Source: an uncultured Verrucomicrobiota bacterium (lineage in GTDB: Bacteria > Verrucomicrobiota > Kiritimatiellia > RFP12 > UBA1067). From it: 40,860 nucleotides of DNA. The stretch's first letter is position 1. Each line of letters opens with the position of its first letter. Below, one piece after another: positions 25,290-35,160 of this stretch. A program made the position numbers and the translations under genes. The stretch spans positions 1 through 40,860 of the forward strand of contig CALCDB010000187.1 in assembly GCA_937901395.1 (NCBI GenBank). The letters are read 5' to 3'. The notes under the pieces are model-generated. The model was not told the DNA's origin and searched no databases. It worked only from the letters and a program-made list of their open reading frames with translations.

Positions 25290-25750
25290 AAAAAGGTTTG
25301 GAAAAACTCAAGATATTAGGCAAGACGGTAAATGTGCCTATGGAATACAACCCTGCAATTTTGGATGCATTTGACAATAAGCATACCGAGCATGACTATT
25401 GGGTTACATTCACGGCGCCAGAATTTACGACGCTATGTCCTAAAACCGGGCAACCTGATTTTGCCACAATTACTATTCGGTACATACCAGCGAAACGTCT
25501 TGTCGAGTCAAAGTCGCTCAAGTTATATCTCTTTGGTTTTCGCAATCATGGGGATTTTCACGAGGACGTAATCAATATCATATACAATGATTTGGTGAAG
25601 CTGTTAAAGCCAAAATATATGGAAGTATATGGTAAATTCGCTCCTCGCGGGGGAATATCAATCGATCCATTCGTCAACGGCGGAATTGGTGTGAAAATGC
25701 AGGCATTGGCGGCCAAGCGCTTCGCAGAATGGAAAGGCGTGCGGGACTGA
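25286..25750 (+). CDS. queF: NADPH-dependent 7-cyano-7-deazaguanine (preQ0) reductase, unimodular type
   Basis: [50 protein letters not shown] Shine-Dalgarno. ATGA overlap with rsmD. Confidence 0.9.
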   Translation: MKKGLEKLKILGKTVNVPMEYNPAILDAFDNKHTEHDYWVTFTAPEFTTLCPKTGQPDFATITIRYIPAKRLVESKSLKLYLFGFRNHGDFHEDVINIIYNDLVKLLKPKYMEVYGKFAPRGGISIDPFVNGGIGVKMQALAAKRFAEWKGVRD

Positions 25751-26835
25751 TGAGATTCTGGGGAATAACCGGCACGAACGGCAAGACCACGACAGCGTGG
25801 ATATTGGCTGATTTCATCAACACCGAACGTAAATGCGGATATATCACTACGGTTGAAGTAAATACCACCGCGCGAAAATTCTATACTGGGTATACGACGC
25901 CTCCGCTTAAGCAATTAAAGGAGATATACGCGGAGATGGAGGCGAATGGTTGCACGGATTGCGTGATGGAAGTATCAAGCCATGCCATTCATCAACATCG
26001 TACGGGAGATACGCCTTTTTCAGGCGGTGCATTCACCAATCTTTCCGAAGATCATCTTGATTATCATAAGACGATGGAGGAGTATTTTCGCGTGAAGCTC
26101 TCATTTGCCGAACAGATCGCAAATACTCAAGGCGGCGCGCCTTACGCGGTATGTCTTGATGGTGGATATGGAAAGGAGATGTTAGACGCGGTCAGTAAAT
26201 TGCCGCTTAAGGCATTGCCAGTATCATTTCGTTCGCCGACATTCGATTTAACCGAGCTCAAACTGGTTGGGGATTACAATAAGTCAAACGTTCTAACGGC
26301 GGCGATATTGGCGGAGGCGTCGGGTATCGCGCATGATAGTATACAAGCGCACATATCAAAGTTATTACCGCGTTGGGGACGATTGGAACGAGTGGAGAAT
26401 CCAGAAGTGAAGGCGGCGACTTATGTGGATTTTGCGCATACGCCAGATGGGCTTGAAAAAGTGTTAACGGCGGCGAGGGGGTTCACGCGAGGACAACTCT
26501 GGGTAGTATTTGGCGCAGGGGGCGATCGTGATCCCATGAAACGTCCGCTGATGGGAGCGGTCTGTTCGCGGCTTGCGGATCGCATAGTCATCACCTCAGA
26601 TAATCCACGTAGCGAAGATCCGATGAAGATTATGGATGCGATTTTAACTGGCATCAAGACGGGCAAGCCAGTAATTGAGGCAGATAGAAAGAAGGCAATT
26701 GAATATGCGCTTCGAGCAGCGAATGACGATGATGTGATAATAATTGCTGGAAAGGGACATGAAACAACGCAGGAAATAGCCGGTGTAAAATATCCATTTG
26801 ATGATCGTGAGGTAGTATGTTCGTTCAAGATGTGA
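25750..26835 (+). CDS. MurE-like Mur ligase lacking the N-terminal (UDP-binding) domain
   Basis: It begins directly at the P-loop ([15 protein letters not shown]). MurE-type C-terminal signatures GGDRDPMKRP, ITSDNPRSEDP and GKGHETTQEI. ATGA overlap with queF leaves no room for a domain 1. Confidence 0.7.
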   Translation: MRFWGITGTNGKTTTAWILADFINTERKCGYITTVEVNTTARKFYTGYTTPPLKQLKEIYAEMEANGCTDCVMEVSSHAIHQHRTGDTPFSGGAFTNLSEDHLDYHKTMEEYFRVKLSFAEQIANTQGGAPYAVCLDGGYGKEMLDAVSKLPLKALPVSFRSPTFDLTELKLVGDYNKSNVLTAAILAEASGIAHDSIQAHISKLLPRWGRLERVENPEVKAATYVDFAHTPDGLEKVLTAARGFTRGQLWVVFGAGGDRDPMKRPLMGAVCSRLADRIVITSDNPRSEDPMKIMDAILTGIKTGKPVIEADRKKAIEYALRAANDDDVIIIAGKGHETTQEIAGVKYPFDDREVVCSFKM

Positions 26836-26841
26836 TATAAT
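26833..26841 (+). promoter_or_regulatory. Extended -10 box TGATATAAT, 9 nt upstream of the eda start codon
   Basis: Exact 9-mer overlapping the upstream stop codon. No Shine-Dalgarno lies before ATG 26851. Confidence 0.45.
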
Positions 26842-26850
26842 ATCGCCAAC

Positions 26851-27468
26851 ATGAAGAGGAAGGTCATAGCAGTAGTTCGCAAGCTCGGCGTTGAGGATGC
26901 ACTCAAATTAGTTGAGGTGTATGTGAAGGCTGGTGTTCATGCAGTAGAATTCGCTTTTGATCAGCATAATCTTGATTCGTGGAAACAGACGGCAGATTCA
27001 ATCAGTATGGCGAATGCGCATTTCGGCAAGGATATTGCAGTTGGCGCAGGTACGGTGTTGAACCTTGATCAACTTTCGGTTGCGGTGGATGCTGGCGCTA
27101 AATTCATAGTTTCCCCAAATGTCAATTCAATTATAATTGAACGGACGAAGGAGAATAAATTGATATCAATTCCCGGGGCGTTTACTCCGAGCGAGATTGA
27201 ACAAGCATATGAAATTGGAGCGGATTATGTAAAGATATTCCCAGCTGATGCATTGGGGCCGAATTATTTTCGTGCGCTCATGGCCCCGTTTTCACATATC
27301 AAGTTGCTAGCATTCGGAGGCGTTACGCCCGATAACATAAATGATTATATCACAGCTGGCTGCGCTGGCGTAGGTGTAAGCGGACTTTTGGCAGATCGTT
27401 CGCGGATTGTTGCAGGTGATTTCGCGTCAATTGCTGAATACGCGTATAAATTAGTTGGAGATAAATGA
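26851..27468 (+). CDS. eda: KDPG / KHG aldolase family protein
   Basis: 205 aa. VIAVVR.., GAGTVLNLDQLSVAVDAGAKFIVSPN, IPGAFTPSEI, VKIFPA (Schiff-base Lys context). Confidence 0.8.
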   Translation: MKRKVIAVVRKLGVEDALKLVEVYVKAGVHAVEFAFDQHNLDSWKQTADSISMANAHFGKDIAVGAGTVLNLDQLSVAVDAGAKFIVSPNVNSIIIERTKENKLISIPGAFTPSEIEQAYEIGADYVKIFPADALGPNYFRALMAPFSHIKLLAFGGVTPDNINDYITAGCAGVGVSGLLADRSRIVAGDFASIAEYAYKLVGDK

Positions 27469-28448
27469 GAATTGTCTTTATGGGATCTTCGACAGCTTCG
27501 GCTGAATGTCTACGCGCGATTCTGCGCGAAGAGAGTTTGGAAGTTGTCGGCATCGTGACCCAGCCTGATCGTCCGGCGGGGCGAGGCAAGGTGCTGACGC
27601 CGAGTCCATTGGCGAAATATGCCGAGAGTCGGGGAATAGCCGCGATCATCAAGCCGGAAAAGGTAAATGAAGACGCGCCTATAATGCAAATTAGGGCATG
27701 GGCGCCCGATGTAATTGCAGTCGTGGCATTCGGGCAGATTCTTAAGAAGCCGCTATTAGAATTACCGCAATATGGATGTGTGAACTGTCATTTCTCGTTA
27801 TTGCCAAAGTATCGTGGCGCAGCGCCTGTGATTGCTGCATTAGAAGCTGGAGAGCGCATGACCGGTGTAACCGTAATGCATATGGATGAAGGTTTGGATG
27901 ACGGGCCGATAATGTTGCAAAGTTTCGAGCCGATATATCCAGATACCACTGGGGGAAGTTTGATGGATGACTTATCTATCGCAGGGGGCGTGACGTTGGC
28001 GAAGGCATTGCGGCTATTGGCGGAACACAAATTACCGCCGGAAATTCCGCAGGACGGACAGTTCGCAACATTCGTGAGGAAACTCAAAAAGACGGATGGT
28101 CTAATTAATTGGAATTGGCCGGTAATTGAAATTGAGCGACGTATTCGCGCGTATAATCCGTGGCCAGGGTGTTACACTTTCTTGCCTATGCGTATGCGCA
28201 AGAATGGAACGATGGGAAGATTGGTAATTTTACGGTCAACAATCGTGAAGAATATGGAGGAGGGTTGGCAGGAGGCAGAACCTGGGATCGTATTGAAGCT
28301 GGAAAAAGATGGCCCCATTGTGAAATGTTACGATACGGCGCTAAAATTATTAGAGGTGAAGCCAGAAGGCGGATCGGCGATGGGAGGCGGTGCATTTTTA
28401 CGTGGGCGACCGTTGGTTGTTGGCACGGATAGGCTTTTAAGTGAATAA
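27465..28448 (+). CDS. fmt: Methionyl-tRNA formyltransferase
   Basis: MRIVFMGS.., VTQPDRPAGRGK, NCHFSLLPKYRGAAPV. ATGA overlap with eda. Confidence 0.9.
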   Translation: MRIVFMGSSTASAECLRAILREESLEVVGIVTQPDRPAGRGKVLTPSPLAKYAESRGIAAIIKPEKVNEDAPIMQIRAWAPDVIAVVAFGQILKKPLLELPQYGCVNCHFSLLPKYRGAAPVIAALEAGERMTGVTVMHMDEGLDDGPIMLQSFEPIYPDTTGGSLMDDLSIAGGVTLAKALRLLAEHKLPPEIPQDGQFATFVRKLKKTDGLINWNWPVIEIERRIRAYNPWPGCYTFLPMRMRKNGTMGRLVILRSTIVKNMEEGWQEAEPGIVLKLEKDGPIVKCYDTALKLLEVKPEGGSAMGGGAFLRGRPLVVGTDRLLSE

Positions 28449-28473
28449 GGGCTACACGATGGGAGAATTCGCC

Positions 28474-30336
28474 ATGAAAAAAATAAGGTTTTTATCTATA
28501 TTGGGCGCGATGTTAGCATCAACGCTAAATGGGTTTAGTGGAGAAATACAGCCTATTGAAGAAATACGGCCTATTGTGCTTTCAGATAAAAGCCAAACTG
28601 TAGAGGTTGTGAAGTCCGATAAACCAGTATTGTCAGACAAGCTTGTGTTGGCACCATATCCAAGCGCGTCCCCATCTTACTATAGGGGTATGTATCTGCC
28701 TAGTATTTATGTGCGAGTAGTAGCGCCAGAACTTGATGGATGTAAGTTTAATGGTTGGTGGACTCTACCTGAAGACAGGACGGATAGGTTCGCGAAGTCT
28801 GCAACACCAGACGACTGCACTATCTGCTTTCATTATGATTTATCGTTGCCGGTGGAAACGATTATCAATTATGCTAAGATTAGCAATGGTTCGGGCGATC
28901 TCGGCTTCAAGATAGTATATCCCAAGCATGAATATATTACATATCAAATTAGTTATGGGGGAACGTATTCAGACTTGATTGAGTATCCTGAGGAGGTCAA
29001 GCTGCCAGCGCCTACGGGGAGTCCAAAAATCGGATATAGCTATAATGGTATTTGGCAAATGGAAGATAGCGGCAGGACATTTAAAGTTGGGGATATAGTT
29101 ACGGGCGAGGATTTTGGGCTTAATGATGTGCATGAGGATGGGACGGTTATTGAGTTAACGCCCGCTATTACGGCGAACGTGTATAAGGTCACGTATAATG
29201 CGAATGGGGGCAAGTTTGATAATCTTGAAACTACGGTTACGATTCCAACTACTTATGATAGCAACTATAAAATACCTGAGAATCCGACTTATGCGGATCA
29301 TGTTTTCGTCAATTGGAACACGAAGCAAGATGGGAGCGGCGATGTAATAGGCGGCACGACCAAGATGAGCCTTGCCTACGATTCTGAAGTTTTTGCCGTA
29401 TGGAGTGAGCATATAGTAAGAACCGTTACATTGGATGCATGCGGGGGAACGGTTTCGCCTGCTACGATAAAAGTTGTTTGCGGCGAGAAATACGGCAGTT
29501 TGCCAGTGCCGACGAGAGTGGGTTATATCTTCTTGGGTTGGTTCAGCGAAAGTGTTGGGGGAAGTGAAATTACCGCCGATACCATCGTGGTTGCGCGAGA
29601 GGATTTTTCCATCTACGCACATTGGCGGCCAATAAAGTATCGTGTGGAATTTGAGTTGAATGGAGCGAGAGGGTTTCCCCCCGACCCAATTGAGAATATT
29701 GAGTATGATCATTCATTCACCTTGCCCGATAAAGGCAATATGGCATTAGATATGAGTTTGTTTTTGGGATGGGGGAAGACGAATAAGACGAAGACATTTA
29801 ACGCTAAGGAAGAAGTTTCCAATCTCACGACTGAAGATGGAAGCACTGTCATATTATACGCCATTTGGGGGCGCGAGGTTACGGAGGAGTCGATTGCGCT
29901 AAAGTGCGACAAGTTGAAATGCGTCGCCAAGCGAGACGGACCGTTCGACTGGCAGATTATGACGAACAAATATGAATCAGCTTCCAATGATGTATGTATG
30001 GCGGTTTATACTTCTGATAGCGCCCTCACGATAACCGATTATGATGGAGCGAAACTTAATGGCAAGTTGACTATTCGTTGGCGGGGAGAGGCATATGGCG
30101 ATGTTTATGGGCGACCATCAAAGTTATTGATTAGCCATAATGGCGAAACTACAAGGTTAGACGTTCCATTTTATGATAGCGGCTGGATGATAAGCGAAGT
30201 TGCCATCAAAGACGCGATGGAAATTGTGATCTTAGGTAAGGATATTACGCCTCTTACCACTATCGATAATAGCGATTTTATTGCGATTGACTGGATTAAG
30301 TGGGCACCCAATAGGACGATCTTTTACTTGAAATGA
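28474..30336 (+). CDS. Secreted Listeria-Bacteroides (InlB B-type) repeat protein
   Basis: GGGAG lies 8 nt before ATG 28474. Signal peptide MKKIRFLSILGAMLAS. Repeated units are of the type YKVTYNANGG.., GYIFLGWFSESVGGSEI, LFLGWGKT. The C-terminal 170 aa or so is unassigned. Confidence 0.7.
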   Translation: MKKIRFLSILGAMLASTLNGFSGEIQPIEEIRPIVLSDKSQTVEVVKSDKPVLSDKLVLAPYPSASPSYYRGMYLPSIYVRVVAPELDGCKFNGWWTLPEDRTDRFAKSATPDDCTICFHYDLSLPVETIINYAKISNGSGDLGFKIVYPKHEYITYQISYGGTYSDLIEYPEEVKLPAPTGSPKIGYSYNGIWQMEDSGRTFKVGDIVTGEDFGLNDVHEDGTVIELTPAITANVYKVTYNANGGKFDNLETTVTIPTTYDSNYKIPENPTYADHVFVNWNTKQDGSGDVIGGTTKMSLAYDSEVFAVWSEHIVRTVTLDACGGTVSPATIKVVCGEKYGSLPVPTRVGYIFLGWFSESVGGSEITADTIVVAREDFSIYAHWRPIKYRVEFELNGARGFPPDPIENIEYDHSFTLPDKGNMALDMSLFLGWGKTNKTKTFNAKEEVSNLTTEDGSTVILYAIWGREVTEESIALKCDKLKCVAKRDGPFDWQIMTNKYESASNDVCMAVYTSDSALTITDYDGAKLNGKLTIRWRGEAYGDVYGRPSKLLISHNGETTRLDVPFYDSGWMISEVAIKDAMEIVILGKDITPLTTIDNSDFIAIDWIKWAPNRTIFYLK

Positions 30337-30872
30337 TGCGAATTGCCTTAACAGGGGGAATCGCCTGCGGGAAATCTTTAGTGGCGAAATTTCTCAATGA
30401 GTTTGGGGTTGACACAATTGACGCCGATGATATTGTGCACGACTTAATACCGGCAGACGAACGCAAGCGGATAGCTGAGATCGTATTTAAGAATGCTGAA
30501 GAGCGAAGGGCATTGGAGGCGAGGATTCATCCACTCGTAAGGGCGAGGATTGACGAAGCGATTACTATGCACGCCACTGGAATAATCATTGCGATAATTC
30601 CTTTACTTTTTGAGACCCATTGGGACGAAGAATATGATATAATATGTACCGTTTCATCGGAAAGGCAGACTCAAATCTCCCGGATGATGAATTCGCGTGG
30701 GTATTCACGTGAAATGGCAGAGGCACGATTGGCGGCGCAGTTGCCGGTCGCGGAGAAGGTTGCAAAATCCCAATATGTAATTAATAACGATGGCTCTCTT
30801 GAAGAGTTGAAACAAGAAACTGAAAGATTTGTAATATGGCTGAAGAATTTGACGTATTCGCAGACGCATTGA
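30333..30872 (+). CDS. coaE: Dephospho-CoA kinase
   Basis: MRIALTGGIACGKS P-loop and IDADDIVHDL. ATGA overlap with the upstream gene. Confidence 0.85.
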   Translation: MMRIALTGGIACGKSLVAKFLNEFGVDTIDADDIVHDLIPADERKRIAEIVFKNAEERRALEARIHPLVRARIDEAITMHATGIIIAIIPLLFETHWDEEYDIICTVSSERQTQISRMMNSRGYSREMAEARLAAQLPVAEKVAKSQYVINNDGSLEELKQETERFVIWLKNLTYSQTH

Positions 30873-32374
30873 AGAGCAACAATCCACCAGCGGTAGAGAA
30901 GGCTTCGCAACCTGCTCCGGCCGCAGTTCGCAAGTTCCGCGGACGCAATAACAAGAGCTTTCAACACAACAAGGCGGTGAACAATTCTCCTTTGAGAGGT
31001 TCGAATGGTGAAGAATCTGTAAATCCGCTTCTCAACGCACCTCTCCCAACGGAGCAAAGGGCGGGCGAAGCGGAGGTGGCCGTCAATCCCAATCGCAATC
31101 CAAATTTGGCGGAATATAATCTTTCCGATATTCAGACTTGGCCCGCCCAGCAAATCGTCGATAAGATGATGCCAGGCGCGGATCCGGAAGAGTTGGGCAG
31201 TTATCGAAAGCATGAATTAATATTTGCCGCAATCCGTACCTATCTTGCCAATGGTGGGGCGGTAATCGCTTCCGGGTGTTTGGAAATTGTTCGCGAGGGG
31301 CATGGTTTTCTGCGTTCGGCGAAGAACAATTTCTTGGCATGTCCGGAAGATGTGTTTGTTACGCAGCAGCAGATTCGCCGTCATGCGCTCAGAACGGGGG
31401 ATATCATTGAAGGTCCGATTCGCGATCCTCGCGACAGGGATAGGTTCTTCTGTCTTGGCAATGTGATGACCGTGAATGGCAAGGAGCCATCGGTTGCGGC
31501 TCGTGTAGTGCACTTCGAGAATCTGACGGCGACATTCCCGACTCGCAGGATCATCCTCGAAACCGACCCAAAGGAATTTTCAACGCGTATTATCGACCTC
31601 TTCACGCCGATTGGCTTCGGGCAGCGAGGTTTGATAATCGCTCCTCCAAGAGTAGGCAAGACGGTATTGTTGCAAAAGATGGCGAACGCGATTTCGAAGA
31701 ACCATCCTGAAGCGATTCTTATTATCTTGTTGATCGATGAGCGTCCAGAAGAAGTTACCGATATGCAACGTAACACGAAGGCGATGGTGCTTTCGTCCAC
31801 TTTTGACGAAGAGCCGCAACATCATGTCAATGTAACGGAGATGGTGTTGGAGATGTCTAAGCGGCAAGTTGAGAATGGCAAGGACGTAATCATTCTCATG
31901 GATTCCATTACTCGTATGGCGCGTGCATATAATACCGTTCAGCCACATTCGGGTAAGATTCTCACAGGTGGCGTTGACGCTCTCGCCATGCATCGGCCGA
32001 AGCGCTTCTTTGGAGCTGCGCGTAATATCGAGGGCGGCGGTTCGCTTACGATTGTCGCCACGGGTTTGGTGGATACCGGATCGCGAATGGATGAGGTAAT
32101 CTTTGAAGAATTCAAGGGAACCGGAAATATGGAGATCGTGCTGGATCGTGGGCTTGCGGATAAGCGCATTTTCCCAGCAATTGATATTGATAAGTCTGGC
32201 ACGCGCAAGGAAGATCTGCTGCTTGATCCTGTTGAATTGGAAAAGACATGGGGATTGCGGCGTATCTTGTCGGATGCGGGGGCGGAATCAGCGATGAAGT
32301 CGGTTCTCAATTCAATTAGGAAGACGCAATCCAATCCAGAATTTCTCTTGGCGCTTGATCTTAAGAATTTGTGA
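30836..32374 (+). CDS. rho: Transcription termination factor Rho with an N-terminal extension of about 100 aa
   Basis: RNA-binding domain [22 protein letters not shown]. Walker [22 protein letters not shown]. It overlaps coaE by 37 nt if ATG 30836 is used. Confidence 0.9.
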   Translation: MAEEFDVFADALKSNNPPAVEKASQPAPAAVRKFRGRNNKSFQHNKAVNNSPLRGSNGEESVNPLLNAPLPTEQRAGEAEVAVNPNRNPNLAEYNLSDIQTWPAQQIVDKMMPGADPEELGSYRKHELIFAAIRTYLANGGAVIASGCLEIVREGHGFLRSAKNNFLACPEDVFVTQQQIRRHALRTGDIIEGPIRDPRDRDRFFCLGNVMTVNGKEPSVAARVVHFENLTATFPTRRIILETDPKEFSTRIIDLFTPIGFGQRGLIIAPPRVGKTVLLQKMANAISKNHPEAILIILLIDERPEEVTDMQRNTKAMVLSSTFDEEPQHHVNVTEMVLEMSKRQVENGKDVIILMDSITRMARAYNTVQPHSGKILTGGVDALAMHRPKRFFGAARNIEGGGSLTIVATGLVDTGSRMDEVIFEEFKGTGNMEIVLDRGLADKRIFPAIDIDKSGTRKEDLLLDPVELEKTWGLRRILSDAGAESAMKSVLNSIRKTQSNPEFLLALDLKNL

Positions 32375-35133
32375 GCGATATAGTAATAAAAGGTGCGCGG
32401 GTGCATAACTTGCGGGGAATCGATGTTAGGATTCCCCGCAATTCACTTACTGTGATTACTGGGCTTTCTGGAAGCGGGAAATCTTCACTTGCCTTTGATA
32501 CCCTCTATGCAGAAGGGCAACGCCGTTATGTTGAGAGCTTAAGCGCTTATGCTCGACAATTCCTTGATCGTCTTGCCAAGCCAGATGTCGAGCATATAGA
32601 CGGGCTTTCGCCTGCTATCTCAATTGAACAGCGAACGACGAGCGGTAATCCGCGATCAATCGTTGCGACTATTACGGAGATTCATGATTATTTGCGCATA
32701 CTCTATGGAGCGATTGCGACGCCGCATTGTCCTAAATGCGGCAAGGTCGTTACTCGCCAATCGGCAGAGCAGATTGTGGACGTAATTTCGAATGGGACTG
32801 GTAAGGTCGTTATTTCGGCTCCAGTGGTGAAGGGGAAGAAAGGCCGCCACGAAGACGTCTTTGCGATGCTCAAGCGAAATGGCTTCGTGAGGGTAAAAGT
32901 GGATGGGGAAATTTATTTATTGGAAGAAGTTCCCGAGTTGGATAAGAAGCGAGCACATACGATTGATGTAGTCGTTGATCGCCTTGTATTGCCTTGTAAT
33001 CGTTCGCGGTTAACGGATAGCGTGGAGTTGGCGCTTAAGACTGGCAATGGTATTCTATACATAAACGATACCATTTATTCGGAATTGAACGCGTGCCCCG
33101 ATTGTGGAATTTCCTTTGAGGAATTAAGGCCGCGCTCGTTTTCCTTTAATTCACCTTTCGGGGCGTGTCCAACTTGCGCAGGGTTGGGGTCGTTATATTA
33201 TTTTGATGAGGATCTTGTAGTTCCGGATCGTTCCCTGCCATTGCGGGAGTGCATTCACCCGTGGCGGCGTGCAGGGCATAATGCCATCATGTATTATAAT
33301 GCGCTTTTGGAACAAATCGCCAAGCAATATAAGGTTAAGCTTTCAACGCCATACGAAGAATTGCCGGCCAAGTTCAGGCATAATTTGATGCACGGCTTTA
33401 AGGATGATCTCATATTGCCATGGAGAAGCGTGGATCGTCCATTTGAAGGCGTCTTGGCTACATTGAAGCGCTATTTAGAAGAGGCCAAGGATGATGAGAC
33501 GCGGGAGAAGTGGGAGGCGTATCAAAGCTTCAAAACTTGTCCTGATTGTCATGGGGCTCGGTTGCGGCCAGAATCGCGCGTGGCAACAATCGCCGGAAAG
33601 ACCATCGTTGAGGTGATGGCGATGCCAGTTGGGGAGGCATTAACGTTTTTCAACTCGCTTGCCGAAGATAGCGAGCTTGCCAAGAAGATGTCGCCGATGA
33701 GAGATATTCTTCGGGAAGTCATCAGGCGGCTCAAATTCTTATTGGATGTGGGGCTCGATTATCTCACGCTTGATCGTGCGAGCGCTACGCTATCTGGTGG
33801 AGAGATGCAACGTATTCGCCTCGCCACTCAAATTGGTAGCGGGCTTACGGGAGTGCTATATGTGTTGGATGAGCCCACGATCGGGCTTCATCCACGCGAT
33901 AACGAGCGATTGATCGCGACCTTAAAGGAGTTGCGGGATCGTGGGAATACCGTCGTAATTGTCGAGCACGACGAGGAGATGATGCGAGCGGCGGATTACA
34001 TCATAGATCTTGGGCCGGGCGCCGGGCGTGAAGGCGGCGAGGTTATGTATCAGGGCGATTTTGCCGGGCTCGTAAATTCGCCTTCGCTCACGGGGCGATA
34101 TCTTTCGGGCGCCATTCAACGAGTAGCGAATACAAAGCCACAGGAGAAAACCGAAAAGTATTTGGTGTTATCGGGTGCTTCGGAGCATAATCTCAAGAAC
34201 ATCAGCGTAAAGATACCGGTAGGTTCGTTCACGGTAGTTACGGGAGTATCTGGCTCGGGTAAGTCGACCCTGGTGGACGAAACCCTGAAATGTGCTTTGA
34301 TGCGTCATTTTTACGGCTCGAAGGTTGCGGTAGGCAAGTATCGCAAATTGACGGGGATGGAGCACTTTGATAAGGTAATAGAGATTGACCAATCGCCAAT
34401 TGGTCGTACGCCACGTTCCAACCCAGCTACGTATGTTGGCTTTTTCTCTGAAATTCGTGAGCTGTTTTCCAAGACGGAGGGCGCGAAGGCGCGAGGATAT
34501 TCAGCTGGTCGCTTTTCCTTCAATGTGAAGGGCGGGCGCTGCGAGGTGTGCTCAGGCGATGGCGTGAGGAAGTTGGAAATGAGCTTCCTGCCGGATGCGT
34601 TCGTTACTTGCGAGCAATGCAACGGCAAGCGATTCAATGCGGAGACGCTTGAAGTAACTTATGGCGGCAAGAACATCGCCGAGGTTTTGGAGATGACGGT
34701 AACGGAGGCCTGCGCATTTTTCGCGAAGGTGCCTTCGCTCGCGCGCAAGCTAAAGACGTTGGTAGATGTCGGGCTTGGTTACGTGGCATTGGGACAATCG
34801 TCAACGACGCTATCGGGGGGAGAGGCGCAACGCATTAAACTCGCGACCGAACTTTCGCGTCGCGCGACGGGCAGAACGCTATATCTACTGGATGAGCCAA
34901 CGACGGGATTGCACTTCGATGATGTGGCGAAATTAATGCAATTATTGCTGAAATTGCGCGATCAAGGCAATACTATCGTCGTTATCGAACATAATATCGA
35001 CGTAATTAAATGCGCGGATTGGGTTATTGATTTAGGTCCAAATGGCGGCGATAGCGGCGGCAATCTTGTCTATCAAGGTCCGGTTGCAGGATTAAAGGGG
35101 TGTGCAAATTCTTTTACTGGCCTGTTCCTTTAG
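32371..35133 (+). CDS. uvrA: Excinuclease ABC subunit A
   Basis: 920 aa. Two ABC modules ([20 protein letters not shown]; [16 protein letters not shown]) and zinc modules. GTGA overlap with rho. Confidence 0.95.
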   Translation: MSDIVIKGARVHNLRGIDVRIPRNSLTVITGLSGSGKSSLAFDTLYAEGQRRYVESLSAYARQFLDRLAKPDVEHIDGLSPAISIEQRTTSGNPRSIVATITEIHDYLRILYGAIATPHCPKCGKVVTRQSAEQIVDVISNGTGKVVISAPVVKGKKGRHEDVFAMLKRNGFVRVKVDGEIYLLEEVPELDKKRAHTIDVVVDRLVLPCNRSRLTDSVELALKTGNGILYINDTIYSELNACPDCGISFEELRPRSFSFNSPFGACPTCAGLGSLYYFDEDLVVPDRSLPLRECIHPWRRAGHNAIMYYNALLEQIAKQYKVKLSTPYEELPAKFRHNLMHGFKDDLILPWRSVDRPFEGVLATLKRYLEEAKDDETREKWEAYQSFKTCPDCHGARLRPESRVATIAGKTIVEVMAMPVGEALTFFNSLAEDSELAKKMSPMRDILREVIRRLKFLLDVGLDYLTLDRASATLSGGEMQRIRLATQIGSGLTGVLYVLDEPTIGLHPRDNERLIATLKELRDRGNTVVIVEHDEEMMRAADYIIDLGPGAGREGGEVMYQGDFAGLVNSPSLTGRYLSGAIQRVANTKPQEKTEKYLVLSGASEHNLKNISVKIPVGSFTVVTGVSGSGKSTLVDETLKCALMRHFYGSKVAVGKYRKLTGMEHFDKVIEIDQSPIGRTPRSNPATYVGFFSEIRELFSKTEGAKARGYSAGRFSFNVKGGRCEVCSGDGVRKLEMSFLPDAFVTCEQCNGKRFNAETLEVTYGGKNIAEVLEMTVTEACAFFAKVPSLARKLKTLVDVGLGYVALGQSSTTLSGGEAQRIKLATELSRRATGRTLYLLDEPTTGLHFDDVAKLMQLLLKLRDQGNTIVVIEHNIDVIKCADWVIDLGPNGGDSGGNLVYQGPVAGLKGCANSFTGLFL

Positions 35134-35144
35134 TCACAAATTTT

Positions 35145-35153
35145 TGATATAAT
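35145..35153 (+). promoter_or_regulatory. Extended -10 box TGATATAAT, 7 nt upstream of the peptidase start codon (leaderless-type geometry)
   Basis: Exact 9-mer in the 27-nt gap after uvrA. No Shine-Dalgarno lies before ATG 35161. Confidence 0.5.
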
Positions 35154-35160
35154 CCACAGT

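Noticed and set aside
25265-25290. I looked for a preQ1 riboswitch upstream of queF and queC.
   Set aside because: Both genes start by ATGA overlap with the preceding gene (rsmD and recA), leaving no leader in which a riboswitch could reside.
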